IMG/VR virus record: IMGVR_UViG_3300013004_000043
Coordinates: 51,685 to 71,684 of that record
DNA: 20,000 bases
Direction: 5' to 3' (one strand)
Source: an uncultured virus (IMG/VR IMGVR_UViG_3300013004_000043)
Lineage: Duplodnaviria > Heunggongvirae > Uroviricota > Caudoviricetes
A program made the position numbers and the translations under genes. Every line of letters starts with the position of its first letter. The stretch's first letter is position 1. Below, piece after piece: positions 9,256 through 17,223 of this stretch. A model generated the notes under the pieces. The model ran no database searches and had not been told where the DNA came from. It worked only from the letters and a program-made list of their open reading frames with translations.

Positions 9256-9732
9256 CTAATCCGAAGTTTTGTTTTGTCTTTCAAACACGTCGACAACTTC
9301 ATAATGCCCATACTCGCCAGGCTTCCAAGGTGATAAACCTTTGTACTTGCCTGCAATGGTCATAAGCTGAACAAACACGTCCGGCAAAAAGCCAGTCGGT
9401 AAAACAAAAGCAATCGTAGCAATCTGGCCCGGCACTATTGATTCGTGAACGGAATAACGTTCTCTGCCGACTGCATTCTTGTAGTAAACTCTGTGCCATC
9501 TTTTTTCCCTTAGTTCAACGTCGATTGCAGTGTCCCAGTGAATTTTCTTTACTGCGTCTTGATGCGACGAAAGTAGTTTCGACGCCATTACCATGTTCGA
9601 TCTATGCCATGTCGACAAAAACAAAATCTTGTCTGTTAGGTTTCTGGCAAACAAAAATCGACCAGACTCCTTGTCCTTAGCATTACCCAAACAAGGCGAC
9701 GTAAATCGTATCTGAACGTTGTAATCTTTCAT
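9256..9732 (-). CDS. Stand-alone RAMP superfamily-like (Cas7/Csm3-like fold) protein, putative
   Basis: N-terminal strand YNVQIRFTSPCLG, then FARN...ILF, then HESIVPGQIATIAFVL, then a C-terminal helix and Gly-rich loop LMTIAGKYKGLSPWKPGEYGHYEV. The order and spacing match the RAMP pattern (tPl.iG ... E.v..G..f.f.i ... GlG..rs.GyG.f.v). Recognised by eye only. Confidence 0.65.
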   Translation of the reverse strand: MKDYNVQIRFTSPCLGNAKDKESGRFLFARNLTDKILFLSTWHRSNMVMASKLLSSHQDAVKKIHWDTAIDVELREKRWHRVYYKNAVGRERYSVHESIVPGQIATIAFVLPTGFLPDVFVQLMTIAGKYKGLSPWKPGEYGHYEVVDVFERQNKTSD

Positions 9733-10553
9733 TTTTTCTCGAGACTACTTAAATACATTTTCTTCGCTTGATGGCTTTTAAAAAAAATATCTGCGTCAAA
9801 AAACTCTAGCTTGGTCTGAAAAGAAAGCCAATGTCTTACGACAAAGTGTAAAAAAAGACGAGATAGCTCAAAAAGCTTGTTTTTCGATGCTCTGGCTTTT
9901 GCTTCTACATGTAGAAAATTGTCCGTGGGGACAACTTTTAAAGCATCATGCAAAACTATGGCTCGACTACACTCTGCGTCGTTTGGATTTGTTTTTAAAC
10001 CAAAATAGCGTTCAATGCGTTGTAAACCCCCGTAATTCGGTATCAACCATCTTGGTTCTACCAAAGTCGCGACAAAATGCATTGCTGGGTCTAAGTTCCA
10101 ATCAGAACCTAAAGCCGAAAATACCGGAGCCAAACAGTGGTCTTGCCAAGCTATGTCGACGGCTTCAGGTATGTTTTCATACATGCCTCTGGCAAGCAAG
10201 TACGTGTTTATAGAATTGTCGTCAAGCAAATGCCAGTTACACGACTGCCGCCTGCAAGAAGGTATAACGGCAAGGTCGTATAAAAAGTACTTCGACATAG
10301 CTAGCGTGCTTGACCAAGGTAATGTCGATCCAACGTAGACTCGCGACAAGTTGTCAGCCTTTACCTTGTATCTCCGCACCGTATCGAAATACAACTCAGT
10401 AAGTATAGCGTAATTCGAGGGGAAACCAACCACCCAGTAATCAGACGCAGGCAACTCGCCAAACTTAGGCTTAACTATGTCTTTACCCGCCTGCAGACTC
10501 CAAATGTCGCCATTGGAGTCTGCGTGTAAGCAAATAAGTGGTTTGGTTGTCAT
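9729..10553 (-). CDS. Hypothetical protein with a degenerate IS110 C-terminal/Nop-domain-like segment
   Basis: The ORF itself is secure (ATGA overlaps at both ends). Segment HCLAPVFSAL...DPAMHFVATLVEPRWL...LQRIERYFGLKTNP resembles the IS110 Transposase_20 pattern (aa.llaeigd..rF....l.ay.GL.P). No intact DEDD motif is evident. Confidence 0.45.
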   Translation of the reverse strand: MTTKPLICLHADSNGDIWSLQAGKDIVKPKFGELPASDYWVVGFPSNYAILTELYFDTVRRYKVKADNLSRVYVGSTLPWSSTLAMSKYFLYDLAVIPSCRRQSCNWHLLDDNSINTYLLARGMYENIPEAVDIAWQDHCLAPVFSALGSDWNLDPAMHFVATLVEPRWLIPNYGGLQRIERYFGLKTNPNDAECSRAIVLHDALKVVPTDNFLHVEAKARASKNKLFELSRLFLHFVVRHWLSFQTKLEFFDADIFFKSHQAKKMYLSSLEKK

Positions 10554-12688
10554 TTTTCGATTGTGATCATTTGGTCAAAGGCACTGGTCATATCTTGAAC
10601 GTGCGTGATGACAACAATCTGCTTCTGAGCTCCAACGTTAGCAGACCAACTCTGCATCGCGTCGTGAAAGTAAGCGACATTGTCAGCATCCAGCCCGGCT
10701 GTGGGCTCGTCCAAAAACAGCATACCAATATTATGACCGAAAAGCCTATCCAAAGCCGCCCGAAAAGCAATAGCCAGTATGACTTTCTGCCCGCCACTCA
10801 GCTGTCGTGCTGAAACGCTTGGTTTACCTGGAAAGGTAACCTTGAACGACAAGTCATTTGACGCTTCCACCGTAAAAGGCGAGTTAAACAAATCGAGCTG
10901 CTCGTTGATGTGCGACTCTAGTCGAACCAAATTATTCTGAGCAACACGCTTTGGTAATCCAGACCAGTGAAACGCACTAGCAACACGGTCTATAACGTCA
11001 GCCAGTGCCTTGATTTTTACCTCTCTGGCAAGCGTCGCTTTGACTTTTGCCAGCATTTCTTTGGTTTTAGCCAACTGCTGTGTCGTTGTTTCGTATTGCG
11101 ACGCCAGTTTAGCTTTTTGCAACAAAGCCTCCCTATGCTCTGCCAACTTCTGCAGCAAGGAATCGTCAGCGTCACCTGCCAATAAAAGCAAAGACTCGAG
11201 CTGCTTTTCATTGCTGTCGATTTGAGCTCTAGTTTGCATTATACGCCCATTCAAATGGTCTAAATCTGCTTTTAGCGACTCGTACTTTGGCCGCGTCGCC
11301 GTTACTGCTTCTTTTGCGTTTTTACGCGAACGCAAAACATTCAACGCATTTTCAAGCTGCGAGTCTGAGACTTCAACAGAAACATGCGACAAACCTTGTA
11401 GTTCAGCTTTCGCGTTATCCAGTTTAACTTGTCGCTCTTGCCTATTCTTTTGCGTCGCGTCTAGTTGCCTGTAAAAATGACTACTTTGCGTCAAATCTGC
11501 ATCAAGTTTTTCTCTCCGCGTTTCGAGCTCAGCTCTTTCATCTACTAGCTTTTGTTTGTGGCTTGCTGGCAATTCTTGTAAACAAGAAGAACATATCGTT
11601 TTGTTGCCTTTCGATAAACTAAAAACTGCAGCATCTAACTCTTGAGCCTTTGCGGCCATTCTTTCTTTTTCGTTCCGTTTGACGGGAAGTTCCTCAGCCA
11701 AATAAATTGGTTTGCTAGAAAGCTGTTTCGCAATATCTGCGTCGAGCTGCTCGATCTGACCTTCATATAGCGAAATAATTTTTTGAAATTCTTCTCGCTT
11801 CGCTTCGAATGCGGTTTGAGCGTTTTTATCTCTAACAGTCTGTTCTGCCAGTTCGCAAACCTTTTTGTGTTTCTCAAGCCAAGCGTTGGCGGATTTTAGC
11901 TTACCGTCAATTTGCGTAAACTGCTTTTCCTTTTCAAGAAACGCAGCTTGCAGTTCGTCAGCCGCGTAGCAAGCTTTGTCTTTGGCTGCCCTTAAAGTGC
12001 CCGCATCTTTAAAAGCTTGCCATTTGGCTTCAGCCGCTTTGGCCGCGTCTTCTTTAAGCAAACCTTTGATTTTAGTTGCCTGAATAGTCGCGAGTGTTTC
12101 TTCTAACTGTAAAATGTTACTTTCAAGATCTAAGCTGTTATCCAATGTTTGCCTGCCAGCAATCTTGTCCCTAAAAGCTACGCAAGTTTTATGTAAACCA
12201 ATAGCTGACTCAACGCCGCAAAGGTGCTGAAAAGCTTTGGCCCTAACACTCTCTGTGTCATCAAGAAAACTAAACATTTCCCACTGGTCAACGAACACGT
12301 AGCGTTCAATTACGTTGGGAGTAAGCCCCATCAACTTAAACAATGCGTCGTTTACTTGTGTGGCAGTCTCGAGCTCGCTGTCACCGTACTTGAGTGTTAC
12401 CTCGTTAGGCTTAAGACTTCGCACAAGCTCAAAAGGTTTTCCAGAGTGCAATCCTGTAAGCTTAATATACGACTTCTCGTGCTTTGCGGCTTGATTGTTT
12501 ATAACGTCAGCTTTTGACGCAACGTGAAATCGCTTGAAATCACCAGTAAGAGCAGCGTAGATACCGTTTACTAACGAACTTTTGCCCGCTCCGTTAGCAC
12601 CCACAATACCTACAATGCCTGACGACAGCTCGACGTTAAGCAATCTGTGCGGACCTACGTTTTTCAATTCGACTGTTTCAATCTGCAT
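10550..12688 (-). CDS. sbcC: SbcC/Rad50/gp46-like SMC ATPase
   Basis: Walker A GANGAGKSS, Q-loop VDQ, coiled coils with zinc hook CSSC, signature LSGGQ, Walker B/D-loop FLDEPTAGLD, H-switch VITH. Confidence 0.95.
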   Translation of the reverse strand: MQIETVELKNVGPHRLLNVELSSGIVGIVGANGAGKSSLVNGIYAALTGDFKRFHVASKADVINNQAAKHEKSYIKLTGLHSGKPFELVRSLKPNEVTLKYGDSELETATQVNDALFKLMGLTPNVIERYVFVDQWEMFSFLDDTESVRAKAFQHLCGVESAIGLHKTCVAFRDKIAGRQTLDNSLDLESNILQLEETLATIQATKIKGLLKEDAAKAAEAKWQAFKDAGTLRAAKDKACYAADELQAAFLEKEKQFTQIDGKLKSANAWLEKHKKVCELAEQTVRDKNAQTAFEAKREEFQKIISLYEGQIEQLDADIAKQLSSKPIYLAEELPVKRNEKERMAAKAQELDAAVFSLSKGNKTICSSCLQELPASHKQKLVDERAELETRREKLDADLTQSSHFYRQLDATQKNRQERQVKLDNAKAELQGLSHVSVEVSDSQLENALNVLRSRKNAKEAVTATRPKYESLKADLDHLNGRIMQTRAQIDSNEKQLESLLLLAGDADDSLLQKLAEHREALLQKAKLASQYETTTQQLAKTKEMLAKVKATLAREVKIKALADVIDRVASAFHWSGLPKRVAQNNLVRLESHINEQLDLFNSPFTVEASNDLSFKVTFPGKPSVSARQLSGGQKVILAIAFRAALDRLFGHNIGMLFLDEPTAGLDADNVAYFHDAMQSWSANVGAQKQIVVITHVQDMTSAFDQMITIEK

Positions 12689-13796
12689 TTATGTTATCCT
12701 CTAACCATCTTTCCAGTACAACATCAGGATTACCGCCGGACAATAATTCAGAAGCCAAAGCGTAAGCCATTGGAGCACCTTCAGGTTCAATCTCGTCGCT
12801 TAGACAAGACTGAAGCGTAAGCTTACTCTCGTCAACTGTGACGTCAGACGAAAGTGCTTCAACAACGACGCTCTTGTGCTTGAAAAACAAATGAGATTTA
12901 TCGTCAAACTCCTGTTTAACAAATCGCACAAAATCAAAATCTTCGGTACCGTGAACCAATCTTATGATCGGTTTTCGGAGCTCTTCCGGCAAATTTGTAA
13001 AACTCTGCTGGTTCAGCGACAAAAAGGCTTTGACGCGTTCAACAATCTTTTTGTAACTGCCAGCGTTTGTAGAAACCTCCAAGTAACCTCGAGTAGGTAT
13101 TTCCTGGGTACGAATCTTAAAATCAACATCATCGCAAGTTAGCTTAAAAAAGCACTTCGAAGCTGGCTCGGCCAAACTACGCAAATGCGTGCTGCCTGGG
13201 CTAAGCACTGTCAGGTTTGACCCGTGCTTGCGTTCAATTGTCTGGTGATAGTCACCAGTTATCAGCAGCTTTACATTCGGTGGAATGTCGTCAAAGCAAC
13301 CTTGCGTTTTACCGACTTCACCCATAAAGTCTTTCCACACCTGATGGCAGACAAGTACGTACTCCTGTGTAGAATCCTTGGCAATCGTGGCTAAGTTTTC
13401 TGCCAGCGTTTTTGCATTGCAGTAATCAAAACCAACTATCCGCATTCCATTAGCCAACCTGTTGTTGGAATCCAACGTAAGATGCAACGCATCCAAAGAA
13501 GCAACTTCCATCCAGGGCAAATCTCGCTGGAACTCATGTTGGCCTTGGTTATACAAAACCGAGATACCGTTATCTCGAAGCTTTTTAATACCGGCGTTCA
13601 GCTCAGCAACCGGTCTTGCAACATTCAGTTGCTTATCCAAGATGTCGCCAGCTAGAATAACAGCATCGGCCTTGTCCCATACCGCGTAATCCACAATGTA
13701 CCGCCAGCTGTGGTAGCTGTCGCCGTAAATTGGGCGATGCTTCCAAATAGTGTCCGACAAATGTAAATCACTCGTTACAAAAATTTTTTTGAACAT
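12678..13796 (-). CDS. sbcD: SbcD/Mre11/gp47-like metallophosphoesterase nuclease
   Basis: Motifs SDLH, AGDILD, GQHE (GNHD-like), CHQ, GDYH, SPGS; adjacent to sbcC. Likely start is the ATG at 13796 (MFKKIFVTSDLH), with AGGT upstream. Confidence 0.92.
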   Translation of the reverse strand: MFKKIFVTSDLHLSDTIWKHRPIYGDSYHSWRYIVDYAVWDKADAVILAGDILDKQLNVARPVAELNAGIKKLRDNGISVLYNQGQHEFQRDLPWMEVASLDALHLTLDSNNRLANGMRIVGFDYCNAKTLAENLATIAKDSTQEYVLVCHQVWKDFMGEVGKTQGCFDDIPPNVKLLITGDYHQTIERKHGSNLTVLSPGSTHLRSLAEPASKCFFKLTCDDVDFKIRTQEIPTRGYLEVSTNAGSYKKIVERVKAFLSLNQQSFTNLPEELRKPIIRLVHGTEDFDFVRFVKQEFDDKSHLFFKHKSVVVEALSSDVTVDESKLTLQSCLSDEIEPEGAPMAYALASELLSGGNPDVVLERWLEDNINAD

Positions 13797-14181
13797 GACT
13801 AAACCTATTTTAATGCCAATAAACGAGTTGTGCGATAGACTAACAATTGCAGAACTCAAGTTAGAGCGGCTATCCGCCCAAGAGCCAGACAAAACGCTTC
13901 TTTCAAAGCAAATTGCCTACTTTTGGGCAGGGGTAGACCGGAATAACCTGCAACTACTAGAGCTTATCGCACGGCTAAAAACAATCAACGGACAAATGTG
14001 GGATCTAGAGTACGACCTTCGCAAAGGACTAGACGAAAGTCTAGGCCTAGCTGAAATAGGTAGACGTGCCATAGAAATTAGAAACTTTAACCGAACACGG
14101 ATTGCAGTCAAAAATCAGATTGCGGAGTTAGTTTTGCAACCTGAGTTTTTTGATTGCAAAATGAATCATGTCAGTGGCTAA
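13795..14181 (+). CDS. DUF6165-like helical protein; the only credible + strand gene
   Basis: ELCDRLTIAELKLER...LKTINGQMWDLEYDLR...RAIEIRNFNRTRIAVKNQI matches my recollection of the DUF6165 pattern (ELiDkitIleiK...N..LWd.Ed.iR...N..Ra.iK..I). Start is the ATG at 13795 or 13813. Confidence 0.7.
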   Translation: MTKPILMPINELCDRLTIAELKLERLSAQEPDKTLLSKQIAYFWAGVDRNNLQLLELIARLKTINGQMWDLEYDLRKGLDESLGLAEIGRRAIEIRNFNRTRIAVKNQIAELVLQPEFFDCKMNHVSG

Positions 14182-14195
14182 GTGTATTCAAGCGA

Positions 14196-14996
14196 TCAGT
14201 CCAAGCTATCAACAACAGGCTTTTTACCCTTAAAGCTACTTGCGGCTTTAAACCCAGCTTTAAAAGCCTGCCAAGCTGTTTCTATCGACAAATAGACGTA
14301 TTCCCTTTCATTACGTGCTAGGTCTTCGCGTTCAATGTCGTACTTCTCAAACATAGAAGCCTCAAATGACTCCCGTAGCTCAACATCCGACGCAGTCAAA
14401 GGATTTAAACACCTCGCGTCAACAGCGTCTTTTAGCGATTTTAGCCTAGGCAGACAGGCAGGAAACGGTTCCAACGGAATTAAGTTTGTTGCGTGTTCGT
14501 TACGATATTTCTTAGGCTTAGAACCAGCAAGATAAACTTTATAGTGGCCATACATTCCTTCGGTAGTAGCTACACCGTCTACAACCCAGACTCCTTCGAC
14601 CCATGTAACGGAAACCTTTTCACCGCGATCAAAATTACACCGACGAATGTAAGCATTGGCTTCACTAGCTTTTGTACTTACTTGAAGACCAACTAACACC
14701 TTTTCTACTAGTTTTGGTCGGCTTAACCCCACGCAGATATCAAATTCAGACCAATAATCGAGGCTACTTAAAAAACGATAGCCTTTAGGTGGAGAATTTT
14801 TGTAATTCGTGCAAGTGTCTCGCACTTCAAAAGCTTCTTTAGCGGCTGCTGTAGGCTCTAGCAGCAATTCGTGAAGCTGTCTAATTGCAGCCGCAATAAG
14901 CGTAGTTACCGGCAGATCTATTGGATCTTCACAGTCGTGATCTACACTAAAAGCAACGCTAATTGCGGAATTATATTTATCAGTTGTCATGAACAT
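14196..14996 (-). CDS. Hypothetical protein
   Basis: 266-aa ORF with AAGGA just upstream; C-terminal TAWQAFKAG resembles a motif common in small phage proteins. Confidence 0.75.
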   Translation of the reverse strand: MFMTTDKYNSAISVAFSVDHDCEDPIDLPVTTLIAAAIRQLHELLLEPTAAAKEAFEVRDTCTNYKNSPPKGYRFLSSLDYWSEFDICVGLSRPKLVEKVLVGLQVSTKASEANAYIRRCNFDRGEKVSVTWVEGVWVVDGVATTEGMYGHYKVYLAGSKPKKYRNEHATNLIPLEPFPACLPRLKSLKDAVDARCLNPLTASDVELRESFEASMFEKYDIEREDLARNEREYVYLSIETAWQAFKAGFKAASSFKGKKPVVDSLD

Positions 14997-15031
14997 TGTT
15001 TCCTTTGTTGTTGGTTAACTGTCAAAAGCAA

Positions 15032-15595
15032 CTACTCGTTGCTGTCACCTAACAAATCGTCACCGTTAAACAATTCAGTCAAGTCAGTGTCTGAAATAGT
15101 TTCAGAAGATTTGCTACCAAAGAGTTTGTTGATAAAATCAGGCGGCAACTTATCCAGAGGAATAACTCGGACGTCACTTGACGCAGCCTGGTTAGCCTTA
15201 GCTTCTCGCTTTTCAGCGTCTAGAAAAGCGTAGTCTAAAAAACCAGCTGCTTGTTGCAGCAAGCGAAGACGCCCGTAGGCACAGTTATCACTGTCCCAGA
15301 GGTCAACTTCTTCGTAATTTCGCACAAGACCGTCGTACAAGTTTCTAATGTTACGCAACGCCTGAAAGTTCAAAAACATCTCAGGAATAGCTAGATTTTT
15401 GAACTTCTCAACGCTCTGCTTAGACAGAAAAGACAAATCAATCAAAAATGGGTTGTACGGAGCTTTAAGATCTTTAGCTTTTTGCTCGGCCCACTCGCGG
15501 TGGTCTTCAACCCAAGCACCAAGCTGAAGCAATAACTCGTATAACTTTTCTGAATTACAATCTTTTCTCGGGTACGGTGGTGATGTAATCTCCAT
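15032..15595 (-). CDS. Hypothetical protein with acidic C-terminus
   Basis: 187-aa ORF starting 3 nt after the upstream gene, same strand. Confidence 0.75.
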   Translation of the reverse strand: MEITSPPYPRKDCNSEKLYELLLQLGAWVEDHREWAEQKAKDLKAPYNPFLIDLSFLSKQSVEKFKNLAIPEMFLNFQALRNIRNLYDGLVRNYEEVDLWDSDNCAYGRLRLLQQAAGFLDYAFLDAEKREAKANQAASSDVRVIPLDKLPPDFINKLFGSKSSETISDTDLTELFNGDDLLGDSNE

Positions 15596-15598
15596 GTC

Positions 15599-16534
15599 TT
15601 AGTCTCTCTTTCTTTGAAAACGAATCAGGTTTTGATTGGGAAAACACTTGTGAACTGTCTGAAAAACACGCTTTGCATCAAGCGTAAAAAAGGGCTGCCA
15701 AGTGTACGACAGCACTTTTTGAATGCTTTTGATCACCAGTTTTTCTCGCTGTTTCGCGTCGGCTCCAACAAGGCTGTAGTCAAACCGCCGGTCTAGCTTC
15801 ATCGCTTCAAGCTTACGCTCTACCGCCGCTGGCAAAATCAAGTCAGCAGGTACTACATGCAAGCCTACATGGTAAATCGACGGTCTGTACTTGTATTCTA
15901 TCAACCTTTTGTGTTTGACAACTGGGGTTTTCAATTTAGCACGCACGTAAAACGGAACCGCGACCTGAACGCTGAAATGCGATTTAAGCCAAGTGTGCGG
16001 TCCTGTTCTACGGTTGAAAAACGGCAAGCCTTCTTTAAGGTAGCTTGAACGAGCCCAGCTAAAAATACGGCTGTCGGCTAAAACAGACTCGTCGAGCTCC
16101 AAGATACCACGAGCAATAGGCTCCAGCCGCAGCCTTACAAAACAGAACGGACAGGTTTTTGCGTTTTTGCATTGAAAAAGCATAGACGGCTCATAACCGC
16201 AACCAGGAGCAGGGCAGTTGCTCTGGGTAAGCAGCTTTAAAAACTCTCCCTTAAAGTCTGTTGGGTCGATTTCCTTGACAGGAAAGCCAGTTTCCTCGGA
16301 CGTTCGATAGACCTGGTTTCGAATGTAGCGTAACCAAGAAGCCGAGGTGGATAGCTGTTTACGGTAGTTGTACTGGAAATCTGCTAGCTGTTTAAGCAAG
16401 CCCTTTTTTCTGTCGCTGTGTAAGACGCAAGCGTCAAACAAGCGAAACGACAAAGACTTGACTGAGGGTCTGTACTTGATTTTTATGCAAGAACCAAACA
16501 AACCATTATTAGCTTTCACGATACCTCCAGGCAT
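15599..16534 (-). CDS. Basic Cys-cluster protein, possibly a degenerate HUH Rep/IS91-like zinc-binding DNA-binding protein
   Basis: CPAPGC-x9-CKNAKTCPFC resembles the Ck.r.CP.C zinc motif of Rep_1/IS91 proteins. Later YHVGLHVV has two His but is not a canonical HUH. Lys/Arg-rich. Confidence 0.45.
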   Translation of the reverse strand: MPGGIVKANNGLFGSCIKIKYRPSVKSLSFRLFDACVLHSDRKKGLLKQLADFQYNYRKQLSTSASWLRYIRNQVYRTSEETGFPVKEIDPTDFKGEFLKLLTQSNCPAPGCGYEPSMLFQCKNAKTCPFCFVRLRLEPIARGILELDESVLADSRIFSWARSSYLKEGLPFFNRRTGPHTWLKSHFSVQVAVPFYVRAKLKTPVVKHKRLIEYKYRPSIYHVGLHVVPADLILPAAVERKLEAMKLDRRFDYSLVGADAKQREKLVIKSIQKVLSYTWQPFFTLDAKRVFQTVHKCFPNQNLIRFQRKRD

Positions 16535-16559
16535 TAGATTAGTTTTGGTTTGCAGAAAG

Positions 16560-16856
16560 TGTACACTTATTTCTATTTCATAGTTACTACATAACTATAT
16601 CAATAGGTGAACAGCCAAAATTTCGTGTATTATTATTAATGATACACCAACACCCACCATTAGCTTGGTCTATTTAAAGACAGTTTTCTGATCTAAAAAC
16701 AGGTTGTTTAGCGGCAGGTGCCTTTAGTGGTTTCGGTTTAGGCCTACCAAAGCTACCTATGCACCAAGTCTAATGCGACAGGGAGCCTGGTACGATCACG
16801 CGTGCGGAATATTTTGTTACTCTTGAAAAGAGTAATGAAATAGAAATAAGTGTACA
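16560..16856. repeat. Perfect 22-bp inverted repeat enclosing 253 bp with several internal palindromes
   Basis: TGTACACTTATTTCTATTTCAT at 16560-16581 and its reverse complement ATGAAATAGAAATAAGTGTACA at 16835-16856. Confidence 0.95.
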
Positions 16857-16883
16857 TGTTTGTAGTGGACAGGCTAATGCTAA

Positions 16884-17183
16884 CTAGCTTTTGTACAGAT
16901 TTTCTAATGTACTGGCAAAGACACAAACCTGAAGCCACTGTTCGTTGGTAACGTATGAGGCAAACGGATTTATCTCGTTTGCCATCAGCTGACCGGGTTT
17001 GACTAGGTTTGGGCTTTCAAGTGTTGGTGTAGCCTCGCCCAGCCTGTAACCTTGATCGTATAGCCACTGCTCGAATCTAGCCTCTATGTCGTTTATCCAG
17101 TAGCCGGGCTTAAACCGTGACGGTAAGTAACCCGGCTTGCGTGTTTTGACGACGTGCTGTGCTGTATCGGCGCTGACTCTCAT
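16884..17183 (-). CDS. Hypothetical protein
   Basis: 99-aa ORF in the minus-strand gene run. Confidence 0.6.
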   Translation of the reverse strand: MRVSADTAQHVVKTRKPGYLPSRFKPGYWINDIEARFEQWLYDQGYRLGEATPTLESPNLVKPGQLMANEINPFASYVTNEQWLQVCVFASTLENLYKS

Positions 17184-17196
17184 AGCATCGCTTTCT

Positions 17197-17211
17197 AGGC
17201 CCCTGGGGCCT
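17197..17211. promoter_or_regulatory. 15-bp GC-rich intergenic palindrome (possible operator)
   Basis: AGGCCCC-T-GGGGCCT in the 40-bp gap between two genes. Confidence 0.3.
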
Positions 17212-17223
17212 CGCTAGACGCAC

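Noticed and set aside
9729..10553. Active IS110 insertion
   Set aside because: The gene overlaps both neighbours by ATGA, has no non-coding ends, and shows no recognisable catalytic residues.
1032..13689. Many 60-144 aa + strand and off-frame ORFs within the polymerase, primase, helicase and sbcCD genes
   Set aside because: They overlap well-supported genes completely and show no motifs.
13797..13892. N-terminal extension of SbcD in the ORF track
   Set aside because: The phosphoesterase motif DLH normally lies within about 10 residues of the start, and the extension is antisense to the + strand gene.
16560..16856. Retron msr-msd (a1/a2 repeats) or autonomous IS element
   Set aside because: No reverse transcriptase or intact transposase is recognisable in the window and no clear target-site duplication flanks the arms; kept only as an unexplained element.
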